This document shows positions 29,587-39,287 of a DNA stretch of 64,000 nucleotides, in pieces; position 1 is the stretch's first letter; every line of letters starts with the position of its first letter. The notes below the pieces were generated by a model. That model was not told the origin of the DNA and made no database searches. It saw nothing but the letters and a program-made list of their open reading frames with translations. Position numbers and translations under genes: made by a program. The stretch is from positions 128,001 through 192,000 of the forward strand of contig CAWVVV010000004.1 of the NCBI GenBank assembly GCA_963933835.1. Reading direction: 5' to 3'. Source of the DNA: an uncultured Puniceicoccaceae bacterium. Its GTDB lineage: Bacteria; Verrucomicrobiota; Verrucomicrobiia; Opitutales; Oceanipulchritudinaceae.

Positions 29587-32034
29587 TTAAAAGCGGGTTC
29601 CGAAGGAGAAGTTGAACTGTGCGCCTTCGTTATTATCGATCACATTACCAGCCTCATCGGTATATCCAGAGGTCAAAGGAATGCCGTAGTCTAGGCGCAA
29701 AGGATTTCCGAGGACGAGGAGGCGGATGCCTACCCCCCAGTTGTCATTGAATGAATGCGGGCTAAAATTGAAGTCCTCTTCATTCAGGAAGCCCCAGTCG
29801 TAGAAAATCGCGAGCCGAAGCGTCTCGCCTAGCTTGACCGTATACTCCGCGCTAGCAAAGCCGTAGGTATTGCCACCAACCGGTTCACCCAAGACGACTG
29901 GGCCAACCTCGCGAAACTCGAATCCACGCAGACTGTCTGGTCCACCAAGGAAGAATCTATCGTAGAAAGGAACCTGGCCCTCAAAGCCGAAGGCAACATC
30001 ACCGACAAGCGGTGTGCTTGATTCAGCATACGACCAAAACGTCCCGGCACGCGCAATGATTTGCAGGACTTGATCACCCTGGCGAAATGTAGGAATGAAG
30101 ACGGCGTTCCTGGATTCGAACTTAAGGTATTCGGTGTCTCCTACAAGGCCTGCCCACGTTGCACCCAGTGAGAAGCGACTACCACGCGAGGTGAAAATCA
30201 GATCGTTCCGAGTGTCACGTGTCAGCGTCAAAGCAAGCTTGGAAGTCAGGCGTGGATTCGAATCAAGAACCAAGCCAGCGATCACCGGCGGGATCAGCGG
30301 ATTGATGCCGATCTCACCTGTTGAATCGGCACGTAAGAAGCTGTTATTAAAGTCGAGTTCCGTCGATTCGAGGGTGTAAGAGAGCTGTCCAGAAATCAGA
30401 CCGATAAGCCTTTTTCGGAGGAATAGGTTAATCCCTGTTCTTAGCTCGTCGTAGATCGAACTATTAAAATCGGATTCTCGGCGATAGAGCTCAAAGCCAC
30501 CAGCAATACGGCGCTCAAAGAGCCATGGCTCTTCAAAGTAGAGTGTGACTTCGTTCGAGCGGGAACCGACCGAACCACGAAGGCGAAACTTTTGGCCATC
30601 ACCTTGAAGGAGCGGCGAGCGCCACTTCTTGAAATCAAAATTAGACTGCGAAACTTCGAAGAAAACGACGATGTTTTCGAGCGAACTAAAGCCTGCCCCG
30701 AACTGCAGATTACCTGTTCTACCCTCTTTCAGTCGGATCTTGAGATTACGCTTACCGGGGACGTTTGAGGGCTCATCACTGAGCGAAACATCTTCGAAAT
30801 AGCGGGTGTTTTTAAGACGCCCTTCCGAATTCTTCATGTAAACGAGGTTGAAGTTTCGGCCAGGAGACAGCGCTAGCTCACGGATGACGACCGTGCTCTT
30901 TGTTTCCGTATTACCCTCAATGATGATCGATTCGACATCGAAACGTACACCCTCTCGGATACGGAAATTCAAATCGATATTACCGGTTTCTATGTTCGCT
31001 GTCCGTTCCGGTCGAACAGACGCATCAAGGTAGCCGAGGGAGCCATACAAATCCTGAAGACGCTCAACGTCCTCACCGAGTAATTTGGGTGAGAAGGTCT
31101 CTCCAGGAAGAAGACTTAAAAACGGATAAAGTTCTAGCGTGTTGAAAATCTCATTACCTTCAAATCCAACTCGTCCCACTTGGTACTGGCGCCCTTCGTC
31201 GACCTGCACAGTGAGTTTGATCTTTCCCTTCTTTGGATATTCCAGTCGGACGTTCGACTCAGGGATGCTGATATCAAGATATCCCTCTTCGAGGTAAAAA
31301 CCGCGAAGGTTCTCAAGGTCCTCTTGGAACTGAGTTTCGTCGAAGCGCCCTCCGCCTACGAGCCATGACATAAACCAGCGCTTCTTGGTCTTCATCCGAC
31401 CTCTCAGCTTGCGATTTTTGATCTCGTTGTTCCCGATGAATTCAACCTTGGAGATTTTAAAACGGGAACCTTCTTCAATGACGAAAGTGACGACTCCGCG
31501 CCCTGACTCAGAATTGCGATCGATCTCAAAGTCTACCTTTGCCTGTGTGTATCCGCGTTCTTGATACAGCTCCAGCATCATGTTCGCGTCCCTCGTCAGT
31601 AGGCGTTCGTCAAGCCCTCCGCCGACCTTACTGTTCATGTCGCGAAGCAGTCTTAATCGACTAATCTTTTTAGAGCCAATGAGGACAATGTCTTCAACCC
31701 GATACTTAGCTAAAACCGAGAAGACGATGTTTACACGATTGTTGGGTAAATCGACGCTGCGAGCCTCGATAAAATCAAATACCCCCATATTGTAGAGGGT
31801 CCGGATTGAGCGGTCGATGAGCTGCTGATTAAAAACCATTCCGGGGCGTATCTGAATACGCGACAAGATGGCCTCGCGGCTTACCGTTTTGAGGTCAAAA
31901 AACTCAATCTCGATGCCTTCGACGACTGAGTCAACGGGCGTGGATGTCTGAGCAGCGCCCGATAGAGGGAGCAGACAAAGAACGAAGAAAAAGAAGCGTG
32001 CCAGGTGGCCGCATGTCACCGCTGGATTAAACAT
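29587..32034 (-). CDS. bamA: Outer membrane protein assembly factor BamA
   Basis: POTRA repeats, LGG..SLRGF, C-terminal FNFSFGTRF. ATG at 32034 chosen. Confidence 0.93.
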   Translation of the reverse strand: MFNPAVTCGHLARFFFFVLCLLPLSGAAQTSTPVDSVVEGIEIEFFDLKTVSREAILSRIQIRPGMVFNQQLIDRSIRTLYNMGVFDFIEARSVDLPNNRVNIVFSVLAKYRVEDIVLIGSKKISRLRLLRDMNSKVGGGLDERLLTRDANMMLELYQERGYTQAKVDFEIDRNSESGRGVVTFVIEEGSRFKISKVEFIGNNEIKNRKLRGRMKTKKRWFMSWLVGGGRFDETQFQEDLENLRGFYLEEGYLDISIPESNVRLEYPKKGKIKLTVQVDEGRQYQVGRVGFEGNEIFNTLELYPFLSLLPGETFSPKLLGEDVERLQDLYGSLGYLDASVRPERTANIETGNIDLNFRIREGVRFDVESIIIEGNTETKSTVVIRELALSPGRNFNLVYMKNSEGRLKNTRYFEDVSLSDEPSNVPGKRNLKIRLKEGRTGNLQFGAGFSSLENIVVFFEVSQSNFDFKKWRSPLLQGDGQKFRLRGSVGSRSNEVTLYFEEPWLFERRIAGGFELYRRESDFNSSIYDELRTGINLFLRKRLIGLISGQLSYTLESTELDFNNSFLRADSTGEIGINPLIPPVIAGLVLDSNPRLTSKLALTLTRDTRNDLIFTSRGSRFSLGATWAGLVGDTEYLKFESRNAVFIPTFRQGDQVLQIIARAGTFWSYAESSTPLVGDVAFGFEGQVPFYDRFFLGGPDSLRGFEFREVGPVVLGEPVGGNTYGFASAEYTVKLGETLRLAIFYDWGFLNEEDFNFSPHSFNDNWGVGIRLLVLGNPLRLDYGIPLTSGYTDEAGNVIDNNEGAQFNFSFGTRF

Positions 32035-33514
32035 CAGATGGAGTTCTCGAGAAGTTTTCAAAACGAGTGAATTCAGGAATAAAGGTAAGTGGTACTTCGC
32101 CCGTCGGGCCGTTACGCTGCTTTGCAATCACGAGCAGACGCTCCCGAGAGGCCTGTGGGACGTTGGGGTTATCCTCAGCCTTGGGATTTGTAGCAAGGAG
32201 GAAAACGACGTCGGCATCCTGCTCGATCGAACCAGATTCACGCAGATCACTGATCCGCGGAAGACGCTTCTCCTTCTCGCTCTCACGATTTAGCTGACTA
32301 AGAACGAGAATTGGGATGTTGAGTTCTTTCGCTAGCCCCTTAATCCCTCGACTGATCTCAGCAATTTGCTGTTCACGGGCAACGCGATTGTCGATGCCGC
32401 TAATCAGTTGGAGGTAATCAATCATTATGAAGCTCAAGGGACGCTTGCGATGTAGACGGCGCGCTTTCGCTCGAAGTTCAAGAATGTTTAAGTTACTTGA
32501 ATCGTCGATGTAAAGGGGTGCCTGTTTGAGCTCCTTGGCCGCCTGTGTTAGCTCGTGCATCTGTTGCTTGCCAATCATGCGATCACGCACGCGTCCCATA
32601 TTAACACGGGATCTTCCGCAAATCATCCGCATAGCAAGCTGATCAGAAGGCATTTCGAGCGAGAAAACGAGGGTCGGAAGCCCATCTCCTTTCAGCGGTC
32701 GGGTGACGTGCTCTGCAATATTCATTGCTAGCGACGTCTTCCCCATCGAAGGGCGCGCAGCTAAAACAATCATTTGTCCTGGGTGCATCCCGAAGGTCAT
32801 CTTGTCGATGTCGACGTAGCCCGTCGGCACGCCTTCATCCGTATCGCCCTGCATGATACGAGCGACCAGACTCATCGCATTATCTACCCCGACCTTGAAT
32901 TCTTGGGTCGACTCGCTGACGCGGTCCTCGTTGATCGCAAGGATCTCTTTTTCGACCGAATCAATGAAGTGCGATAATTTGTCCTGCTGGGTGTAGGCCC
33001 GCTCGACAATGCTCTGTGAAGACTGGATGAGACGCCGCAGCATCCATTTCTCACGAACAATTTCTAACCAATAGGGAGCGTGAGCGGTTCCCTCGATCTG
33101 GCTGTTGATTTCGTTGACGGTACTAACTCCGCCTACGATATCGAGAAGCGTCGCCTCGGTGTTTTGCCTTAAGCGCTTCGCACGGTCGTGGAGCCAAGGA
33201 ATACTGTCGACCGTCCGGCTCCGCAGCTGGTTGAGCACAAGCAGATCATCGATAGCCTTCCCGTTCGTCGCCAGGTCGACCATGACCTGGAAGATGACTT
33301 GGTGAGAGAGGACGGAGAAGGCTTCATTGCGCAGCCGTGACTCCATGCATAGAGTCAACGTCTCCTGCGAGCCTTCGAGCATGCAGGCCGCGAGCAAACC
33401 AGCTTCGGCTCTTTCATCGCAAGGCAGCTCACGGCTGACCGGGCGCGACGAAGTCGACGACCCGCTGACATCACGGGAACCGTTCGGTACGAAATTTGAA
33501 CCTCCTTCTGCCAT
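32027..33514 (-). CDS. dnaB: Replicative DNA helicase
   Basis: LAARPSMGKTS, FSLEM, IDYLQL, LSQLNR, DLRESGSIEQDAD, KQRNGP. Confidence 0.97.
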   Translation of the reverse strand: MAEGGSNFVPNGSRDVSGSSTSSRPVSRELPCDERAEAGLLAACMLEGSQETLTLCMESRLRNEAFSVLSHQVIFQVMVDLATNGKAIDDLLVLNQLRSRTVDSIPWLHDRAKRLRQNTEATLLDIVGGVSTVNEINSQIEGTAHAPYWLEIVREKWMLRRLIQSSQSIVERAYTQQDKLSHFIDSVEKEILAINEDRVSESTQEFKVGVDNAMSLVARIMQGDTDEGVPTGYVDIDKMTFGMHPGQMIVLAARPSMGKTSLAMNIAEHVTRPLKGDGLPTLVFSLEMPSDQLAMRMICGRSRVNMGRVRDRMIGKQQMHELTQAAKELKQAPLYIDDSSNLNILELRAKARRLHRKRPLSFIMIDYLQLISGIDNRVAREQQIAEISRGIKGLAKELNIPILVLSQLNRESEKEKRLPRISDLRESGSIEQDADVVFLLATNPKAEDNPNVPQASRERLLVIAKQRNGPTGEVPLTFIPEFTRFENFSRTPSDV

Positions 33515-33537
33515 TTCTGTCGGTGGCAGTGGGCAGC

Positions 33538-34053
33538 TTAGGCTTTAGCGGGTGCTTCCTCAGCCGAAGCTTCGGACACTTCCTCAACTTCTTCGATCGC
33601 GTTTTCCGATACGACTTCGAAGCTGAGCTCAACAAGCACTTCCGGGTGCAGTTTGATCTTAGCCGTATGACGACCGAGAATCTTAACCGGACCAGCGGTT
33701 TGCACCTGCTTTTTATCGAGCTCGACGCCTTCTTCGGCGATGCGAGAAACGATGTCGGCGATCGTTACCGATCCGAACATCTTGCCACCGGGGCCCGTCT
33801 TAACCGCGAATGCGATCGAGATCTTCTCAAGCTTAGCAGCCAACTCTTTAGCAGAGTCGAGAAGAACCATCAGTCGGACTTCAGCGCGCTTTTGAAGGGC
33901 TTCGATTTGTTTCTTATTCGCACGTGTCACCGGAACGGCGAGCCCACGTGGGAGGAGATAGTTACGGGCGAAGCCAGCCTTTACGCTGACTTGGTCACCT
34001 TCGTTACCGATACTGTCGACCGGTTGGAGAAGCAAAAGCTCTTGGTTTGCCAT
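33538..34053 (-). CDS. rplI: 50S ribosomal protein L9
   Basis: VKAGFARNYLLPRG, GKMFGSVT, KLHPEV. Confidence 0.95.
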   Translation of the reverse strand: MANQELLLLQPVDSIGNEGDQVSVKAGFARNYLLPRGLAVPVTRANKKQIEALQKRAEVRLMVLLDSAKELAAKLEKISIAFAVKTGPGGKMFGSVTIADIVSRIAEEGVELDKKQVQTAGPVKILGRHTAKIKLHPEVLVELSFEVVSENAIEEVEEVSEASAEEAPAKA

Positions 34054-34103
34054 GGTTCTAAAAATTTGGGTATTAAATTGTAAGTGTTTGACGCCTAGTG
34101 AGA

Positions 34104-34565
34104 TCAAAAAGGAACGTCGTCGTCTTGAAAATCGTCTGCGGGCGCAGATGATGTTTTGCTCTTTGGGGCAGACGCAGCTCGCTTAGGCGGGCTCGAATCG
34201 TTGCTTCCACCACCGGAACCTTCTTCACCGCGACCTCCTACAAACTGGAAGTTGTCTAAGACGACTCCAAGCTTGGAGCGGTTTTCACCGCTGGTCTTAT
34301 CTTGCCATTGGTCAAGGCGGAGACGGCCCTCAATAAAGATACCGCTGCCTTTGGTGCAATACTTCTGAATCGTTTCAGCCTGTATTCCAAACGCATCAAT
34401 ATCAACATAGGTGACTTCCTCGCGTTGCTCACCTTCCTTGGTTTTGTAGCGACGGTTCACTGCCAAGCCAAGCTTAGCAATCGTCAAACCAGAGGGGGTT
34501 ACCCGAACTTCAGGATCACGGGTAAGGTTTCCCATGAGCATTACTTTATTGTAGGAAGCAGCCAT
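34104..34565 (-). CDS. ssb: Single-stranded DNA-binding protein
   Basis: NKVMLMGNLTRDPE, C-terminal DDDVPF. Confidence 0.97.
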   Translation of the reverse strand: MAASYNKVMLMGNLTRDPEVRVTPSGLTIAKLGLAVNRRYKTKEGEQREEVTYVDIDAFGIQAETIQKYCTKGSGIFIEGRLRLDQWQDKTSGENRSKLGVVLDNFQFVGGRGEEGSGGGSNDSSPPKRAASAPKSKTSSAPADDFQDDDVPF

Positions 34566-34595
34566 TTGAGCAGTCGTTTAAAGGGTTTCGCGAAA

Positions 34596-34895
34596 CTAGA
34601 TGCGGTGAACCTGCAAACGCTTGATCGTCTTGTCCAGACGCGTCTTCTCCTCAAGGAGAGCTGGGATGTCTGCACCTCCGGAAAAGTCGTAGAGGACAAA
34701 GATGTCGCCCGCGTGCCGTTTAACCGCACCGGAGACAAAGTCTTTGTGGCCGACATTGTCGACTTTCGTTACCTCGGCACCGAGTTCTTTTAAGAGGTCA
34801 CTCACTTTGTTCACGAGATTCTCCACTGGGTCTTGGTAGCCCTGTGTGTTGAGAATCACCGTGGTGCGGTAGTTGCGCATCACTGTCTGAGTCAT
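34596..34895 (-). CDS. rpsF: 30S ribosomal protein S6
   Basis: MRNY....IL pattern, 99 aa, between pth and ssb. Confidence 0.85.
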   Translation of the reverse strand: MTQTVMRNYRTTVILNTQGYQDPVENLVNKVSDLLKELGAEVTKVDNVGHKDFVSGAVKRHAGDIFVLYDFSGGADIPALLEEKTRLDKTIKRLQVHRI

Positions 34896-35487
34896 TTGAT
34901 TTCTTTTTGGTTTTTAATCGTTGGTTAAGGGTGTTCATCGCCTTTGCGACATCGAGACGACAGAGGAGCTCTAGACCATCGATAATGGCGGGTATCGCCT
35001 TCTCAATGAGCTCGCTCTCTTCGCTCGAAAAGCGGCCGAGAACAAAATCTGCAAGTGGGACAGAGGGTTTTACCTCCGGACCTACACCAATGCGGTAACG
35101 CACCACGTCACCAAAACCATGTGCAATCAAACTATGCACACCATTGTGGCCTCCAGCACCTCCGCCGACACTGAGCTTTGAATCGCTCACTGACAGCTGA
35201 TACTCATCATAGACCACACACACCTCACTTGGATTCCAGCGGTAAAAACGGCAGATGGCTCCGACGCTTCGCCCGCTCTCATTCATAAAGGTGAGCGGCT
35301 TGACCAAGAGAATCTCTTGGCCAGCTAGTACGATCGATGTGGTATGGGCACTGAACTTGGGTTTTTCTTTCCACTCGGCTCCGGCTTTAGCGGCCAGAGC
35401 GTCGAGAATCAAAAATCCAATATTGTGGCGTGTTTTATCGTACGATCGACCTGGATTACCCAGACCGATCAAGACACGCACCGGCAT
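34798..35487 (-). CDS. pth: Peptidyl-tRNA hydrolase
   Basis: GLGNPG..Y..TRHNIGF, KPLTFMNESG, GGHNG; tail overlaps rpsF. Confidence 0.93.
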   Translation of the reverse strand: MPVRVLIGLGNPGRSYDKTRHNIGFLILDALAAKAGAEWKEKPKFSAHTTSIVLAGQEILLVKPLTFMNESGRSVGAICRFYRWNPSEVCVVYDEYQLSVSDSKLSVGGGAGGHNGVHSLIAHGFGDVVRYRIGVGPEVKPSVPLADFVLGRFSSEESELIEKAIPAIIDGLELLCRLDVAKAMNTLNQRLKTKKKSNDSDSDAQLPHHGDSQHTGLPRPSGESREQSE

Positions 35488-35503
35488 ATTATAAAAGAAC
35501 AAT

Positions 35504-35527
35504 GCCTCTGGCTGGATCGCCAGAGGC
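35504..35527 (-). terminator. Hairpin after rplY (weak terminator or processing stem)
   Basis: GCCTCTGGC-TGGATC-GCCAGAGGC 9-bp perfect stem; T-tail is poor. Confidence 0.45.
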
Positions 35528-35534
35528 TTAAAGG

Positions 35535-36206
35535 TTAGGTTGTCGCGGGAGTTTCAGCTTCAGCGGTTTCAGCGGTTTCAGCTGCTGCGGCGGCTTCAGC
35601 TTCTTCAGCTTCGGCTATTTCCTCATCAGTAAGACCACTCTTGCCACCGGACGAGGCAACACAGGATACGAGCACGAGCTCTTCGTCTTCCATGAATGTC
35701 ACGCCATCGATTGCAGCAAGCTGACCGAGGTGAACCGAATCACCGACTTTTAAGTCAGTTACATCGACGACGATCGCTTCCGGGAGAGACTTAGGTCGGC
35801 AACGAACAGGAACTTCGTGAGCGTTGATTTCAACGACACCCTGTTCATTCTTAACACCGTAAGCGATGCCTTGAGTGATCACAGGGATCGCTGCTTCCAT
35901 GTCCTTACCGCGAACAATCTCGAGGAAGTCGACATGGAGAAAGTTATCTTTAGTGGAGTGACGCTGGGTGCCCTTGATAATCGCGAACGTTCCCTCTTTG
36001 TCGCCATCAGCATGGAGCTCTACGAGGGACGCACGTCCACCGATTGAACGCCAAGCGTTACCAAAAGCGACGGCATCGATCTCAAGGTGGCTCACACCAC
36101 TTTCGCCGTATATAACAGCTGGGATCTGTCCTGCATCGCGCAAACGCTTCACTGCACTGCTACCTAACGCACTGCGTGTCTTAACATTTAATACTACCTG
36201 TTTCAT
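35535..36206 (-). CDS. rplY: 50S ribosomal protein L25/Ctc
   Basis: RLR..G.IPAVIYG, HVDF, LPEAI.VDV..L.VG, acidic tail. Confidence 0.93.
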   Translation of the reverse strand: MKQVVLNVKTRSALGSSAVKRLRDAGQIPAVIYGESGVSHLEIDAVAFGNAWRSIGGRASLVELHADGDKEGTFAIIKGTQRHSTKDNFLHVDFLEIVRGKDMEAAIPVITQGIAYGVKNEQGVVEINAHEVPVRCRPKSLPEAIVVDVTDLKVGDSVHLGQLAAIDGVTFMEDEELVLVSCVASSGGKSGLTDEEIAEAEEAEAAAAAETAETAEAETPATT

Positions 36207-36374
36207 GTCCGAAGGTCGGGGGATCCTGTTTTGAAGAAAAACGCGTAACTTGAGTTATCGAATTTGCGGTGGCAATGTAAACTTTCAAAAAAATTGACCT
36301 GAAAGAATTCTCCAGAATTCAACTTTCCCCCTTGACTCCCCTTCCCTTCTTTTCAGCCTTCGCTGCTTCTTTAT

Positions 36375-36449
<75 letters not shown>

Positions 36450-36455
36450 ATTTTT

Positions 36456-36480
36456 AAGCCCCTCTTCTGGGGCTTTTTTT
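36456..36480 (+). terminator. Terminator after tRNA-Asn
   Basis: AAGCCCC-TCTTCT-GGGGCTT followed by a T-run. Confidence 0.75.
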
Positions 36481-36734
36481 GCCTGTATTCGCTGTCTACA
36501 TCCTTGAGAACCCTCAGGATCGTTTCTACATCAGTCAAACACGGGATTTGCAGGCTAGACTGAATAGCCACAACGACAGCGGCCCAAGGAGGGGTAAATA
36601 TACCCGTAAGAATAGCCATGGAAGCTTGTCTGGTCTGAGGAGCATGCAAGTCGGTCCTCGGCTATGCGACGTAAGAGAGCAACAAAGGACTAAAAGTCTT
36701 CCAAGCGTATTTGCAGCGAATTGCTCGCTCAGTA
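36479..36734 (+). pseudogene. Small GIY-YIG nuclease, degraded
   Basis: FAVYILEN...FYISQT.DL..RL..HN...KYTRKN, then frameshift to PWKLVWSEEHASRSSAMRR..K, then premature TAA. Confidence 0.8.
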
Positions 36735-36825
36735 GCTCAGCGGTAGAGTCCCGCCCTGCGGGATTAATCTCTTGGTCTGCCGAAGGTCCCGATTCATCGG
36801 GAGTCGATCCCAGCCTGAGCAGCCA
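36727..36825 (+). pseudogene. Pseudo-tRNA-Asn copy with two palindromic replacements
   Basis: Blocks GCTCAGTAGCTCAGCGGTAGAG, TTAATCTCTTGGTC and TCGATCCCAGCCTGAGCAGCCA are identical to tRNA-Asn; they are separated by TCCCGCCCTGCGGGA and TGCCGAAGGTCCCGATTCATCGGGAG. Confidence 0.9.
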
Positions 36826-36929
36826 ATCTACAAGACATTGGCACTTAATTGAATCCCCTGAAAGATTCTATGCAGGCCCCCAATAAAGTTGCTTGGGGCG
36901 GACGCGCAGAAACGATTGAGTAAGCTCCC

Positions 36930-37118
36930 ATGATGGAACCACTCTCGATCACTTGTCCCTATTGCTGGCAACGCATTGACATCGAAGAGCCGGCAAAAGC
37001 GGAGACGACGGTCGAATTCGTCACCGATTGTGAGGTTTGCTGCCGTCCCATCCTTGTCACGGCCGAATGGGAGCCGGATGAGGACACCCCCTATCTCACC
37101 GTCGAGCCCGAATCCTGA
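36930..37118 (+). CDS. CPXCG-motif cysteine-rich protein
   Basis: CPYCWQ...DCEVCCRPI. Confidence 0.8.
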   Translation: MMEPLSITCPYCWQRIDIEEPAKAETTVEFVTDCEVCCRPILVTAEWEPDEDTPYLTVEPES

Positions 37119-38092
37119 GCCGGTTCGTAGTCCGGAAGCTCAAAGGCAGGATCGACGACTTCATTGATCAGATCCCAAAGCCGCCTCCAGTCCTCCGTAG
37201 CGGTATCAAGGGCACCCTCTTCGTTCCCATAAAACGCTGCCACGGCGCCGTCTTCAACGCTGTAGAGAAACGTCGTCAGCTCAATTGATTCATCGTCACG
37301 ATAGGCACGTTGCATGCGCACGCTATGCCTCTTATGGTCGTCAACGAAAACGATCGCCTCGTATTCACCAGTGCGCCCCAAGCGTTCGAGGAGGAGTCGG
37401 AGCATCAGCCCTTTGTCCTGCCCAGCCGTCATGAAGACACCTTCGCTGTAGCTAGCGAGACGTGGGCTCCTTGGACTACCATCTTCGTTTTTCAACCAGT
37501 GATCCACTTCGTCGGCGCTCAAACCTGCCTGCTCGTCGGGTGTTTCTCCAAACGGCAAGAAGGGGCCGATGAAACCGATCGCTTTCTCTGGATGAGGCTT
37601 CGGTGCACTCTCGTTAAAGTCGTAGCCATTGTTTGCGAGTTCCCGGCGTGTAGAATCGCGAAAGATATGGTCGCGAGAAGTCAGCATTAGGGCAGGAAAT
37701 CCCTTCGCTTGAAGTTCGCGCACTCGATCAGGTTGTTCCTCGAAAGTTGGACGCATACTGGATGCGGCGTAGAGCAGCCCTTGGATATCGACGAGTGCTC
37801 CAAGGTCGCCCAAGCGATACGGGTCACCTTCCTCTAAGCCATACTGCCAGCCAAACCACTGATCGCTCCCCAGTCCGCGACGCATCGCAAGGAGTGTGTT
37901 ATCAATGTCAAAGACGAGGAGGACCTTCTCCGGCCCGTATTTCTCCCCAAGTCGCATTGCCTCGGCTTGAACCTCTTCAAAATCCCACGTCTCCAAAGCC
38001 GTCTTCGGATGGCTATCAAGGCCACATCCGGTCGTTAAAAGGCAGAGCCCGACAAGTCGGCCCAGATTCGTTAAACAGAGGGCAGTTTGCAT
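37091..38092 (-). CDS. HAD-fold lipoprotein (DUF2608-like)
   Basis: Lipobox-like TTGC, VFDIDNTLL, LTSR, K, FVDD. Confidence 0.7.
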   Translation of the reverse strand: MQTALCLTNLGRLVGLCLLTTGCGLDSHPKTALETWDFEEVQAEAMRLGEKYGPEKVLLVFDIDNTLLAMRRGLGSDQWFGWQYGLEEGDPYRLGDLGALVDIQGLLYAASSMRPTFEEQPDRVRELQAKGFPALMLTSRDHIFRDSTRRELANNGYDFNESAPKPHPEKAIGFIGPFLPFGETPDEQAGLSADEVDHWLKNEDGSPRSPRLASYSEGVFMTAGQDKGLMLRLLLERLGRTGEYEAIVFVDDHKRHSVRMQRAYRDDESIELTTFLYSVEDGAVAAFYGNEEGALDTATEDWRRLWDLINEVVDPAFELPDYEPAQDSGSTVR

Positions 38093-38617
38093 ACCCTTTT
38101 CAAACGGCGTTTTCTAGTAGCGGCAAGCCTCGGCGTGCTTTCCGTTCATCGAAGTGTCCGGTTCATCTTCACGAGGCTTATTCTCAACGAGAGTACGAAT
38201 CGTATCCGCCATGTCACCCAGGACGACTCTCATTGGAGCCTGCCGACCACCCGCATCCTCCATCAACTCTTCTAAACTCATCTCATACAAGACCGGCGGC
38301 TCAAGAGCACGAATGGTTGTGAAATGCGATGTGCCATGCAGCGTCCCGAGTAACCCGACGATGGCGAAGGCAACTACACCACCGGCGTCACCCTACAACG
38401 GGGCCACATCCAGACCTCCATCGGAACCTTTACGGCCGATGCAGTTACCCAGACTTTCAACTTTCGATCACTCAACGGAGCTTCTGGAAATAATGATCCC
38501 GGACTTTCCGGCATCGTCATTCTCGATGTCACGCCCGCCGTTCCGGAGCCTTCAATGTTTTCGCTCCTCGTCGCAGGTCTTGTTTTCGGTGGCAGCCTAA
38601 GACGCCGGAGACGCTAA
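38087..38617 (+). pseudogene. PEP-CTERM sorted protein, degraded
   Basis: Frame 38354-38617 reads ...GTFTADAVTQTF...VPEPSMFSLLVAGLVFGGSLRRRRR*, preceded by in-frame TAA at 38351; signal-like N-terminus at 38087. 5' boundary uncertain. Confidence 0.7.
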
Positions 38618-38625
38618 GGGGCTCC

Positions 38626-39075
38626 CTACCCGAGCTCCGCTCGCACGAGCTTGCTCACGAGACCGAAGTCGATCAGTCCGGCATCCGGATGTTGTTTGAG
38701 GATGCCCATGACTTTGCCCATCTCTTTCATTGAGGCCGCACCGCTCTCGGCTACTGCACTCTTTACCAGCGCTTCAACTTGAGCTGGGTCCATCTGCGCT
38801 GGCAGATAGATCTCTAGCCAGGCGATCTCGGTGTTGTTTTTCACCACCAGATCATCGCGGCCACCTTTGGCAAACTGCTCATTCGCGCCCTGCATATCCT
38901 TCACCGCCTTGCGGATGATCGAGACCACGAGCGCGTCATCGATCTCAGTGTTCTTATCGATTGCTACGCGTTGAATCCCGCCATCAAGGGTGCGAAGAGC
39001 GAGCGCGAGATCAGATTCACGAGCCTTCACTGCAGTGATGATATCGGCACGAAGTTTTGCGTAGAGTTCGGACAT
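38626..39075 (-). CDS. GatB/YqeY domain protein
   Basis: F.KGGR.DL, YLP.QM, GA.SMKEMGKVMG. Confidence 0.9.
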   Translation of the reverse strand: MSELYAKLRADIITAVKARESDLALALRTLDGGIQRVAIDKNTEIDDALVVSIIRKAVKDMQGANEQFAKGGRDDLVVKNNTEIAWLEIYLPAQMDPAQVEALVKSAVAESGAASMKEMGKVMGILKQHPDAGLIDFGLVSKLVRAELG

Positions 39076-39287
39076 AAGCGGAGGAATCTATCGACCCACT
39101 CTCCCCTGTCGACTTGATATCAAATTAGAGCAACCAGCCGTGGACATGACAGTTTTGTCATAAAGCGGGCGTGTTCTTGCCATCGCGTGTGGAGTTTGGT
39201 CTTTTCGGCTCACTGTAATTTGCCGGGCCTCGCAAGCGGACCTCCTTAGGTTAGCAGTCAGCGCCCAACTTGAATTCATCGTAGATC

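Noticed and set aside
33140..33230. ~20-aa insertion in the DnaB N-terminal domain as an intein
   Set aside because: Far too short and lacks intein splice residues; likely a loop insertion.
34053..34104. Absence of rpsR between ssb and rplI
   Set aside because: Only ~50 bp gap with no remnant; rpsR is located elsewhere in many lineages, so this is not evidence of loss.
34798..34895. 98-bp pth/rpsF overlap
   Set aside because: The Pth domain is complete before the overlap; the tail is most simply a stop-codon run-on.
35548..35616. TTCAGC-type tandem repeats
   Set aside because: They encode the low-complexity Ala/Glu/Thr tail of L25/Ctc.
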